Source of the DNA: a virus
Taxonomy: Duplodnaviria; Caudoviricetes
Strand: one strand, 5' to 3'
Length of the DNA: 64,000 nt
IMG/VR virus record: IMGVR_UViG_3300012983_000038
Location: 1 to 64,000 of that record
The notes under the pieces were generated by a model. That model ran no database searches. It was not told the origin of the DNA and worked only from the letters and a program-made list of their open reading frames with translations. Numbering within the stretch: position 1 is the stretch's first letter; the number at the start of each line of letters is the position of its first letter. A program made the translations under genes and the position numbers. Shown here piece after piece: positions 38,545 through 48,320 of the stretch.

Positions 38545-40188
38545 ATGTCACATAGTAGTTACAGTTTTCAAAGAAAGCTATTTAATGAATCTATTATTAG
38601 TAAATCATTAAAGTATGCCAGGCACAGAATAAGTAATAAGAGTAGTAAGAAAAACAATAAAAATAGTATTAATCCAATTGAAGTAATAAGTGATAAAATT
38701 GATTATTACATAGATACTCCTACTGATGCAATTTCTGACTGGATATTACCTGTAGATGATAATGAGACAGATGGATTGAAAAGTAAACTAAAGAATAGAG
38801 TTGATGACTCTTTTAGTGATAAACTAAGAGTATTAGATAAACTAAAGCAGTTAAAAGATAGTATGATTAAATTTAGACAAAAAGAGTGTTCTATCAAAGA
38901 TGGGTACTATACAGGTCCGAAGGATTTAGATAAAGTTCCTGGAGCTTTTGATATAATAGGTAAAGGTGCTATTGGAGGGTCTATAATAGGAGGTATAGTT
39001 GGCAAATTAAGCAAAAATGATAGGGACAGTGGATTTGATGATGACTATATATCCAAAGGTGCTAAGGTAGGAGGCCTTGCTGGTGTTGCAGGTGGAATTG
39101 CGCTCAAACTATTTCTAAATCATCTACACAATCCAATGAAGGAAGTAGAGTATAAAGAAGTTGACAGGCATCTTAGGAGAGAGTTTGGAATGTATAGAGT
39201 AGGGGGAGTTGTTGTAGGAGATAGTATTTCGAACAGGGCAACATTGAGTGATAAGTTTAGCTTTGATGACAGAAATGTAACTGATTATAAAATCAATATT
39301 GCAATAGCTAATAATAAAGTAGTATTGTACACTTTCGGTGCGAGTGATGAGGATATTAAGAAATTAGACAGCTCATTGGATAATTACTGCAAGAAGTATC
39401 AAGGAATGAAGTATTCATCTAAGTTAATAAATCCTAATATGAATTCTTATTCTGTTGATATTACATTTACTAATTATCAAGTAATAGCTAATTTTATAAT
39501 GGAAATATCTAATTCATTGATGACAAAGATCAATCTACTAAATGACGGAGCTTCTATAGTTCTTAATAGACTTAAAGACTACAGAGAGTGGGTCGACAAT
39601 GACAGCAATGATGAAGATGTCTTTGAAACACCTCAACAATCCAGTAAATTATTTAGTAGTTTCATAGACTCAACAAGATTAAATAAGTCCAGTATAGCTA
39701 GCATATTAAGTCAAAGCGGATATGAGTTTCTAAACAAGTCAATGTTCCAGCAAGGGTCTACTATTAAAGGGTGCGCTTCTGCAGCAATACTAAAGGCAAT
39801 GGTCGCAGCTGCCAAATCTATTAAGAACAATGAACTAGTTAGATTAGGAGCTCCTGCTAGTAGATATAAGTTTGGAACATCTTATTTAAAATCAACTTTA
39901 GATAAGCTTTATTACACTAAGGGATTGCATTATACTATAGGAGATAAGAATAGTCCTAATAATTTTAGCATGAGTGAGGGAAGATTTTTCATTACAATTG
40001 CCAAAAATAGTAAGGATAGAGAGACAGTAGATAGTAAATTCTGGAATGGATTAAAGTCTGTTGTACATAGGAATGATTTAGGAGAGGTTATTTCTTATAC
40101 ATATACAATTAAGTCTAGAGAAGAATTTGAGATGATCTTGAAGAAATTAATGTCCACTAAAGTAAAATTTAACTTATTTGAGGCATGA
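38545..40188 (+). CDS. fused cargo protein; second module starts at 38863 (MIKFRQKECS) with a glycine zipper
   Basis: N-terminal QRKLFN; internal MIKFRQKECSIKDGYYTG matches 33561 MIKFFENRFSIEDGGYSG. Confidence 0.8.
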   Translation: MSHSSYSFQRKLFNESIISKSLKYARHRISNKSSKKNNKNSINPIEVISDKIDYYIDTPTDAISDWILPVDDNETDGLKSKLKNRVDDSFSDKLRVLDKLKQLKDSMIKFRQKECSIKDGYYTGPKDLDKVPGAFDIIGKGAIGGSIIGGIVGKLSKNDRDSGFDDDYISKGAKVGGLAGVAGGIALKLFLNHLHNPMKEVEYKEVDRHLRREFGMYRVGGVVVGDSISNRATLSDKFSFDDRNVTDYKINIAIANNKVVLYTFGASDEDIKKLDSSLDNYCKKYQGMKYSSKLINPNMNSYSVDITFTNYQVIANFIMEISNSLMTKINLLNDGASIVLNRLKDYREWVDNDSNDEDVFETPQQSSKLFSSFIDSTRLNKSSIASILSQSGYEFLNKSMFQQGSTIKGCASAAILKAMVAAAKSIKNNELVRLGAPASRYKFGTSYLKSTLDKLYYTKGLHYTIGDKNSPNNFSMSEGRFFITIAKNSKDRETVDSKFWNGLKSVVHRNDLGEVISYTYTIKSREEFEMILKKLMSTKVKFNLFEA

Positions 40189-40592
40189 TTATATTAAGAA
40201 GTAAGTTTTTCTCAAAGTACATCAATATAAATGATATGATAAACAAGCTCGATAAGGAGGACTTGATTGATTATGATATTAGTTATAGTATTCCGAGTGA
40301 TTGTATTTCTATAAGTGCTGATTTGGATAACTTTAGAATATTTATACCGTACGAAGATGAATTTGCGCAGTATGATATAGATGATTTTATTAGGGAGTTT
40401 GGAGTTACTTATAGGACAAAAACTGTTAGAGATCGAGACTTGTTTATATTGACTGTTATAGGTGGAAGGATAAATGAGAAACAGTTTTATAAGCTATTAA
40501 AATTCTTGATAACTGAGTATAAGTATTGCAATATATTACTTGACAAGAATGAATATGATAGGCTGATTAATAAAAAGAAAAAACGCAAATAA
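40185..40592 (+). CDS. putative head-cargo protein
   Basis: MIILRSKFFS. Confidence 0.8.
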   Translation: MIILRSKFFSKYININDMINKLDKEDLIDYDISYSIPSDCISISADLDNFRIFIPYEDEFAQYDIDDFIREFGVTYRTKTVRDRDLFILTVIGGRINEKQFYKLLKFLITEYKYCNILLDKNEYDRLINKKKKRK

Positions 40593-40595
40593 GGT

Positions 40596-41033
40596 ATGAG
40601 TGATGAGAATATGACGTCAAAAATCCTAGACAAAGCAAATAAAATATATTCGATAGGTATGAAGGCTATCAAGTTACAAATGAAGTTGCTAGGGACAGAT
40701 TTTGTAGTATTGCGACCTAAGGATAATTCAAAATGGAAGAATGTATTTGGAGGGTCATATTCCGCCGATAGTACCTTAGAGAATGATTACGAACAATTTA
40801 CCACACGATTGATTATTAATTTGAATGATATGAGAGATGTGTGGAATAGGAATCGTGACATGGTACAATCATTTACTCCTGATGGCTCTTTAAAGGTAGG
40901 CGACGAGCTTCAATTTACAAGAGACAAGCGGACATATAGATTTAAGGTAGTAATGAAGCAGAGTTTTAGTGAATCTGCAGACGTACTATACACATATACA
41001 TTATCTAGCATTATAGAGACGTTAAATGATTAA
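40596..41033 (+). CDS. putative head-closure/neck protein (gp14-like)
   Basis: IKLQMKLLGTDFVVLR...VFG...LKVGDEL...YRFKV pattern typical of head-closure proteins; inferred. Confidence 0.55.
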   Translation: MSDENMTSKILDKANKIYSIGMKAIKLQMKLLGTDFVVLRPKDNSKWKNVFGGSYSADSTLENDYEQFTTRLIINLNDMRDVWNRNRDMVQSFTPDGSLKVGDELQFTRDKRTYRFKVVMKQSFSESADVLYTYTLSSIIETLND

Positions 41034-41041
41034 ATTTAGAA

Positions 41042-44000
41042 ATGATAAGGAGAAAGATCTTAAGGGAAAATAGAATACCAGGAGCTGAGTCATTAACCAG
41101 ACCTGAGGAAATATCAGAGATGTCGAAGTATCTAGGTTCATTAATAGATAGTAAGCATTCTGATCTTGAGTTAGACAATAGGTTAATAAAAGTTCCTGGC
41201 AAGTCTACTGGAAAGATACCTGAAATTTCTGAGTTAGGAAGTCCAGTAGAGAAGATGTTAGAGAGTTTTACTAATTCTGACATAAAGGAGCTGGATACTA
41301 AGATAAGAGTAGGTTTAGACATTGAGGATTCTACATTTGATTTAGAGAGGGAGAGTTTCAGAAATAGTAGTGCAGTTAAATTAGATATAGCTGATGATCG
41401 TGAAATAAAGCTCTCTAGACATAAGGAAGAGGTAGATATAAAAGATATTAATAGGTCTAAACATTACGAGGAGTATATAAATAGTAGAAGGAAGGAATTA
41501 TTATCTGACAAGTCTAATAATGGTGAGCCTAAGTTAGTAGATAGCAGTAGAAAGTTATTAAGTAATCAAGGGGCAGAAGTTAAGAAGTTAGATAATAAAA
41601 TAGAGTCACTTAATGTAGATCGAGTTGAAAGTTTAGGTAGTAGAAAGTTAGAGGAAATATTATCTGATCAAAGTAGGGATAGTGAAATAAAACTGGAGGA
41701 TGAAGTAAAGCGATTGAAGGTAGGAGAAAGAATATCTAAATTGCCTAATAAATCTTCCAAGTTAAATATAGGAAATGATCGAGTTAATTTAAGTGATTTT
41801 AAGGATATAGTACCAGGTGAAATAAGTCGAGTATCAAAGTTAGAAGATTATAGAGACGACATTGATTACAGCAGGGATATTTCACTAGAGGACTATATTG
41901 AGGGATTAGGAGGAGAGTTAGAGGATGATAAATTAAGTTACTATATAGATCAATTAAAATTAAATACGTCTAATAGTGGATTTGATGGTAAAACTCTTCC
42001 TGATTCGATGTTGACTGTACCTAGTGGAGAATTTAAGGAAGTAGCTGGAAATATTAACAGTTACAAAGATGAATTAGACACTGGGGATAGAGAGGTAGAA
42101 TTAGGCACATATATTTCGAGTCTAGATGTCAACAGTGGATTTAGTGGAGAAGAGTTACCTGATTATTCTTTAACTATTCCTAATAACATTGATGGACCTG
42201 TTGAATTAGTTGACTCGGCTTTATTAGTGCCTGGAGATATAGAAGAAGTTGGGTTAGAAGATAAGATAGTTAATAGGCCTGATGATAAATTTTCTACATA
42301 TTTAAAAGATAGGTTAAAAGATTGTCTAAATGATTTGAATAGTGATGATGAGATATTTAAGTTTTTGATGGATCTTATAGCTGAAGGAAGAAATGGTGGA
42401 AGAAATAGTAGTTGGGAAGAGAAATTAGGGTCATTAGCATCTTCTTACTTAAATACTTCTAAGATATCGCCAGCCAGAGTAGAAGAATATTTAAAAGAGT
42501 TAGACAAAGTATTAAATGTTGATGTAATTGGAGGAAGATCGGGAGACATTCTTTTTGACAATCGGAAGGGAGGCAATCACTTTGAGGAGAACTACAATTT
42601 ACCTAACAATTCAAATAAGGGGTATATAAACGTAGAAGATGCATTTAATAAAAAAGTTCTTGTATTACTAGAGGAGGAGAAGAAAAAAGAAGAAAAGAAG
42701 AAAGAAGATGGTCCCTGGTCATTACGAAAAGCTGCAACTGAGTTAACATTAGAAATACTAGTAGAAAAAAAGTTAATAGAGAGAAATAAGGTTACGGGTG
42801 ATATAACGTTGCCTGGAAATAATAAATATCTAAACTCCCTTGCAAATACTATAGTTGGTATTGCGAGTGGAGAGAAAGAAGCTGGCAAGACACTTAATGA
42901 GTTTGCTGTAAACACAATAAAAGATGCAAAAGAGGATGTAAAGAAGCATATAAAGGAAAGTGTTCTATCAGGAGTATCAAAATATACTGGACTAGCTACA
43001 AAGAAGATGATGCCTTTGAATAAGCCCCTGAGAGATAGTGTAAATAAGGGGATAATGAAAGGTGCCAATGAACTAGTAAAAAAGGGTGAAGAGGAGTTTG
43101 ATAAGTTCTTTAATACTTCAGAGTTAGAGGTTTTAGTAGGTAAGTCAGATTATGAAGAAGTAGTTATTTCTCCTAAGCCGTCCAATAGTAGTAATAAATC
43201 TGGAAGTAGGGCAAAGATAGATAAGCTAGATAAAGAGGTTGACGAGGAGAATAAATTAAAAGCTACTTATACTACTAGGAATTTCTTTGAGGATTTTTGG
43301 AGTTGCCCAGCTGTTCAGACTACATTACAGGATTTATGTATTAAAAGTGACAGTTTGAATAGGGGATCTTCAATAAATGACTTGAAAGAACTATTAAAAA
43401 ATTCTCCATATATTACAACACCTAGTAAATTTGGTACTACTGGAATTGCTAATAGAGGAGTTCAATCATTAGACGTTACTAGTTATTGGGAAGTGATATT
43501 AACTCCTTATGTTTCTACTGATGAGGTTGTAGGTAATGGAGGGTATTCATTTCTTCCTTGTATAAATGAGATAAATTTACACAATCTAAAACATCATGGA
43601 GTAGCGACTAATTACAGCAGTTGGATTCCGTTTACATCTTTTAATTTACAAAAAGCTAGATTATCTTCTAAGCAAATACAATTATATTCAGGAGAGGTGA
43701 ATTTTCCTATAAGTATGGAGAATATGAACGAGTTATTCCTTACTATTGCGGATGATTCATATAAGTCTTGGAAGTTGTATTTTGAAAAGTGTGCTGAAGT
43801 TTCTATATATAACTCAGTTCCACATACTGCAGAATATTATGAAAGTAAGAATATGCCAATGTATCCTACTGCAGTTGATAAATCTAGTGTTTGTGTTTCT
43901 TATTATAAAAATATAGCATTTAATGTTAAGATATATGTAATGACTCCGCAATATGGTACTATAAGAAAGTTTAATTTCTTGACAGTATTGAAGGAATTTG

Positions 44001-47000
44001 GGGAGGAATATACTGGAGATATTGATGGATCTGCGCCTGATGTATCTCTATCTATGTCAATTGTAGGAGAAATAGATGAAATAGAGGTTCCGTACAATTC
44101 CGTTATTGAGCCAGAGGAGTATTATTTGGCAGATTGGGGAGCGGGTACAGGTGATATTGACTTATACAAAGACTTAACATTAGATGAATTATTAGAAATT
44201 GTCGATAGTGGTGAATATTTAGTTGGACATGAAGTAACTAGAAATATAGATGGGTATTTTGATGGAGAAGGTGTAGAAGGGTATTCAAATAAAGTACCTA
44301 GAAAGCTGCCTAATGGAATTAACTTAGATGATTTAGAAGTCTTTAATATTGACACTACCGTATATAAGAGAGCAAGTAATATGCAACCTTTGTACGATAA
44401 GGATAAGTGTGGAAAGTGTGGATATGGTACTTCAGAGATATTAATTGCAGGAGGATTAGGTGTAGGAGTAAGTCATCCAAAACAACCTAGAGATGCTTAT
44501 AACTGGGTATATTGTCCTGAACATTCTTATGGAGATAATAAGCCGGGTAAGTTTTTGGAAGATTTTGGCTGGATTTACTTAGGAGAAGGTCTTGCAGGAG
44601 AGAAGTCATTAGAATTAGAGCCTGGAGATTTATGTCACTGTAAGCCTGCAAATAGTCACTCTTACGGTCATATTTGTATATATCTACCTGATCGTACTGG
44701 AACGGAAGGAAAGTCGTGGGTATCTGATTTTAAGCAAGCCAATTCAGTTGTATACTCTGATGTAATAGAGGAGATAATTAATGGAACACTGGACAAGAAT
44801 ACTGTTACATATTGGAGATGGCCGAAGAGAGTTATCGATGGTGAAAAGAGATTTATGAGCTTTGATATAGTAGAGACAGAAGTTATTCCAGCTGAGTTAA
44901 GTAGTAAAGATAGTTCGGCATCAGGTAAGTTTATTGATCCATTAGAGCCAGAAGGATTTACATCTCTCATGTCCCTCAATAATTATAAGCCATTTGATGA
45001 TAGTGTTAGAATATTGGATGTAGATAAGATAAATGAGTTTGTATCTACTAAGAGCGAGAATGACCTAGTTAACGAAAAAGCTGCACGTGCTGTAAGTGAG
45101 ATGTTAACTTTAGGTGGATTAGTAGAAGGAGAAGACTTTATTTATACATTATCTAGGGAATGGAGTGACAAGTTATCTAATACAAGTTGGTATAAGATAG
45201 GTTGTGGTTATCCTCCAGCAGATATACAGGCAGGAGATTTAATGTGTGTAAAAGCTATTCATTTTGGTCAAGCTGTAGAAGATTTAGGATATGTTGCTTA
45301 TTTTAATGGAATAAGTTGGATATCAGAGAATGTTCAAGAAGGATGGTTAAGAGCTGCTGATGTTTGGACAGAATTAAGTGTAGTCAGAGATTGTTATACA
45401 TATTGGAGATGGCCTAGAAGGATATACGATGGAGAGTTAATAGAAGATGCAGTAGGAGGTTCAGATAGTGATATTTGTGACTATATGTTTGAAGAGCTTA
45501 TTCCAGAGGGTGCAGTATCTCCTTTATTGAAATCAGAAAATGAAGAGGATGAAGAGAGTGATGAAACAAAAATAAAGGATGTATCAGAGGTATTTAATGT
45601 AGATGCTGCTATTAGTTTCATACAGTCAAATATTGAAGGAGTAAGTGAGAGTAAAGGAACTGCTTCTAGTACTATGCGTGATATATTGAAAAATGGTACA
45701 TTAAGTATTAATAAATCATATGAGTTTACGCTAGCTAAGGAGTGGAGAAATACTTTACCTCAATATGGTTGGTATAATATAGGTAGCAGCTATCCTCCAG
45801 TTAACTTATTACAGCCTGGAGATATAATGGTAATAAGTGGCTTACCTGAATATTCATTTGGACATGTTGCAATTTGGACGGGAGAGTATTGGGCATCTGA
45901 CTTTAATCAAGGCGATAATTGGAGAGTATTTGAGAATTTAGGTTATGGAGGTGTAGAAAGATGGTATAAAAGGTGCTATACTTATTGGAGATGGCCTAAG
46001 AGAATTTATAATGGTGAATTGATATTAGATGTATCAAATCCATCGACTGAACCTAGTATCTTCATAAGAGAAAGTAGTCCTTCAAATACATCTGTTAATT
46101 TAAATCCTACTATTGACTATGAATATCCAGTATTACCATTGCCTACGATAAAAGAAGTTAGCGAAGAGTTAGATGTTAAAATGGCAAGTGACTTCTCTAA
46201 AGCTACTATAAATAACAGTATTGGTCACGGTTATGCTGTATCATCTGTCTTTAATGTGTTAGAGGCAGGAGGATTAAGTGATAAAGAAGCACTAATAGAT
46301 ACCTCAAATGGAATTATTATTGCTCGCACTTTATATGACTTATTACCAGATATAGGTTGGTATTTGATAGGTAAAGGATATGTTCCGGAAGATATTGAAG
46401 AAGGTGATATCATGGTAATTGATGGAATCTCAGGCAGTGAACTAGGACATGTTGCATACTGGAATGGCACTAATTGGATATCTGACTTTAAGCAAGAAGG
46501 ATGGATGATATTTAGTGATGTGTATAAGCCAGAGGAAGTAGAGAGTATAGTTACATATTGGAGATGGCCGAAGAAGAAAATGCCTGACTATGTGGAATTA
46601 GAAGACTTACCTATTATTGAAGAAGATAGTCCTAAAACAAGTGAAATCTGTGATGATAATAGATATATATTCCCACCAGAGGAGTATGACTATCCTATTG
46701 TAGAGCATGAAACTGTTGTAGTGGAAGAGATTTTGAATGTCATCAAGGCCAATAAACAGTCTTATAAGATTCTTGGAGAGAATAGTACAGGACATGCAGT
46801 TGAATATGTATTAAATTTCCTAAGAGCTGGTGGACTGTTGAATATAGGCTTGAGCAATGATGAGTTAAAAGGTGTAACATTCGAGTGTTTGAAGACACAC
46901 TTGACTCAATATGGATGGTATGAATTTGCAAAAGGATATCCACCTACTGATCCTAGTTGTTTGTATCGACTAGAAGAGGGAGATATTATGTTAATCGATC

Positions 47001-48301
47001 ACTCTGCATTAGGACATATTGCATATTGGAATGGTATAACTTGGGTATCTGACTTTAAGCAAGAAGGATGGTTAGTATTTAAAGACATTAATACTGTAAG
47101 TGAAATAGACTCTAAGGTTTCATATTGGAGATGGCCTAGAAGGATATACAATGGAGAGTTAATAGAAGATGATGAGATTCCAATTATGAAGGATGAGACT
47201 GTTACTCCGGATAGTGAGATTTGTGACAATGCTGGAGTAGATATGTTCCCACCTGCTGGTTATGAATATCCTTCATTTGAATACGTTGAAAGAGAAACTA
47301 CAGAAATACTAAATGTCAATAAATCTAATGAATTCTCCAATAATATAGTAAATAATAAAAGTACAGGTAAATCTATTCCTGCTGTATGGAAAATATATGA
47401 GGCAGGAGGGTTAACTAAGAATGAGGCATTGATGTATAATGATATTGAGAAGGAAATGCCAACAGTCAAATACCTTCTTGATTCATTACCTGAGAATGGA
47501 TGGTACATGTTTGCTAATGGGTTCCCGCCTGATAATATTTCAGAAACAGTTCATACATTAGAGCAAGGTGATTTGATGATAATAGATCATAAATTAGGAC
47601 ACATTGCATATTGGAATGGGTTGAATTGGATATCTGACTTTAAACAAGAAGGATGGATGGTATTTGATGATTTAAAGTCTACTGAAGAAATAAATTCTAA
47701 GGTTTCATATTGGAGATGGCCGAAGAAATATTCAGAAGATACAGATCCAGATGAGCCAGATGCAGATAGTGATATTTGTACTGTAGATATTTCGCCATTA
47801 CCTGAAGACGGTTATCAATATCCATCAGTAATACTAAAAATTAAAGAGGTAGTACAGCCATTGTTTACTAATCAATCAAATATAGCATCCCTAGAAGTTA
47901 CTAGTCTAGAGAGTACTGGATTCGCTAGATCTTCGGTATTTAATATTCTAAGAGCAGGAGGATTAGGAGGATTATCTGAACGCCAAGGATTAAATTATAC
48001 TGAAGAAGAGCTGAAGAATATGACTGCTACATATTTGAGAGGTACTTTGAATCAGAGAGGATGGTATCAGTATGGTTTCGGATATCAACCATTAGATCTG
48101 AAAGAAGGAGATATTATGTTAGTAGAAAGAGAATTAGGACACATTGCATATTGGAATGGCACTAATTGGGTATCTGATTTTAAGCAAGAGGGATGGTTAG
48201 TATTTGAAGAGTATACTACGCAAGATGACATTGAAAAGAATGTTACTTATTGGAGATGGCCTTGGAGAATTGATAAAAACGGGACAGAAGAATTAGATTA
48301 A
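41042..48301 (+). CDS. giant tail-associated protein: low-complexity N-terminus, tail-tube-like domain (~43470-44070), seven NlpC/P60 (CHAP-like) repeats
   Basis: Seven units with GG...GW...GD...GH[IV]A.W.G..W.SDF.Q...YWRWP; the tube-like segment is inferred from its pattern. Confidence 0.8.
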   Translation: MIRRKILRENRIPGAESLTRPEEISEMSKYLGSLIDSKHSDLELDNRLIKVPGKSTGKIPEISELGSPVEKMLESFTNSDIKELDTKIRVGLDIEDSTFDLERESFRNSSAVKLDIADDREIKLSRHKEEVDIKDINRSKHYEEYINSRRKELLSDKSNNGEPKLVDSSRKLLSNQGAEVKKLDNKIESLNVDRVESLGSRKLEEILSDQSRDSEIKLEDEVKRLKVGERISKLPNKSSKLNIGNDRVNLSDFKDIVPGEISRVSKLEDYRDDIDYSRDISLEDYIEGLGGELEDDKLSYYIDQLKLNTSNSGFDGKTLPDSMLTVPSGEFKEVAGNINSYKDELDTGDREVELGTYISSLDVNSGFSGEELPDYSLTIPNNIDGPVELVDSALLVPGDIEEVGLEDKIVNRPDDKFSTYLKDRLKDCLNDLNSDDEIFKFLMDLIAEGRNGGRNSSWEEKLGSLASSYLNTSKISPARVEEYLKELDKVLNVDVIGGRSGDILFDNRKGGNHFEENYNLPNNSNKGYINVEDAFNKKVLVLLEEEKKKEEKKKEDGPWSLRKAATELTLEILVEKKLIERNKVTGDITLPGNNKYLNSLANTIVGIASGEKEAGKTLNEFAVNTIKDAKEDVKKHIKESVLSGVSKYTGLATKKMMPLNKPLRDSVNKGIMKGANELVKKGEEEFDKFFNTSELEVLVGKSDYEEVVISPKPSNSSNKSGSRAKIDKLDKEVDEENKLKATYTTRNFFEDFWSCPAVQTTLQDLCIKSDSLNRGSSINDLKELLKNSPYITTPSKFGTTGIANRGVQSLDVTSYWEVILTPYVSTDEVVGNGGYSFLPCINEINLHNLKHHGVATNYSSWIPFTSFNLQKARLSSKQIQLYSGEVNFPISMENMNELFLTIADDSYKSWKLYFEKCAEVSIYNSVPHTAEYYESKNMPMYPTAVDKSSVCVSYYKNIAFNVKIYVMTPQYGTIRKFNFLTVLKEFGEEYTGDIDGSAPDVSLSMSIVGEIDEIEVPYNSVIEPEEYYLADWGAGTGDIDLYKDLTLDELLEIVDSGEYLVGHEVTRNIDGYFDGEGVEGYSNKVPRKLPNGINLDDLEVFNIDTTVYKRASNMQPLYDKDKCGKCGYGTSEILIAGGLGVGVSHPKQPRDAYNWVYCPEHSYGDNKPGKFLEDFGWIYLGEGLAGEKSLELEPGDLCHCKPANSHSYGHICIYLPDRTGTEGKSWVSDFKQANSVVYSDVIEEIINGTLDKNTVTYWRWPKRVIDGEKRFMSFDIVETEVIPAELSSKDSSASGKFIDPLEPEGFTSLMSLNNYKPFDDSVRILDVDKINEFVSTKSENDLVNEKAARAVSEMLTLGGLVEGEDFIYTLSREWSDKLSNTSWYKIGCGYPPADIQAGDLMCVKAIHFGQAVEDLGYVAYFNGISWISENVQEGWLRAADVWTELSVVRDCYTYWRWPRRIYDGELIEDAVGGSDSDICDYMFEELIPEGAVSPLLKSENEEDEESDETKIKDVSEVFNVDAAISFIQSNIEGVSESKGTASSTMRDILKNGTLSINKSYEFTLAKEWRNTLPQYGWYNIGSSYPPVNLLQPGDIMVISGLPEYSFGHVAIWTGEYWASDFNQGDNWRVFENLGYGGVERWYKRCYTYWRWPKRIYNGELILDVSNPSTEPSIFIRESSPSNTSVNLNPTIDYEYPVLPLPTIKEVSEELDVKMASDFSKATINNSIGHGYAVSSVFNVLEAGGLSDKEALIDTSNGIIIARTLYDLLPDIGWYLIGKGYVPEDIEEGDIMVIDGISGSELGHVAYWNGTNWISDFKQEGWMIFSDVYKPEEVESIVTYWRWPKKKMPDYVELEDLPIIEEDSPKTSEICDDNRYIFPPEEYDYPIVEHETVVVEEILNVIKANKQSYKILGENSTGHAVEYVLNFLRAGGLLNIGLSNDELKGVTFECLKTHLTQYGWYEFAKGYPPTDPSCLYRLEEGDIMLIDHSALGHIAYWNGITWVSDFKQEGWLVFKDINTVSEIDSKVSYWRWPRRIYNGELIEDDEIPIMKDETVTPDSEICDNAGVDMFPPAGYEYPSFEYVERETTEILNVNKSNEFSNNIVNNKSTGKSIPAVWKIYEAGGLTKNEALMYNDIEKEMPTVKYLLDSLPENGWYMFANGFPPDNISETVHTLEQGDLMIIDHKLGHIAYWNGLNWISDFKQEGWMVFDDLKSTEEINSKVSYWRWPKKYSEDTDPDEPDADSDICTVDISPLPEDGYQYPSVILKIKEVVQPLFTNQSNIASLEVTSLESTGFARSSVFNILRAGGLGGLSERQGLNYTEEELKNMTATYLRGTLNQRGWYQYGFGYQPLDLKEGDIMLVERELGHIAYWNGTNWVSDFKQEGWLVFEEYTTQDDIEKNVTYWRWPWRIDKNGTEELD

Positions 48302-48320
48302 GTAAAAATATAGGTGATAT

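Noticed and set aside
41026-41073. MIKFR start one base out of frame with the giant 41042 ORF
   Set aside because: It resembles cargo starts but gives only a 15-codon ORF. The giant ORF has its own ATG, and joining the two creates no motif. It may be chance.
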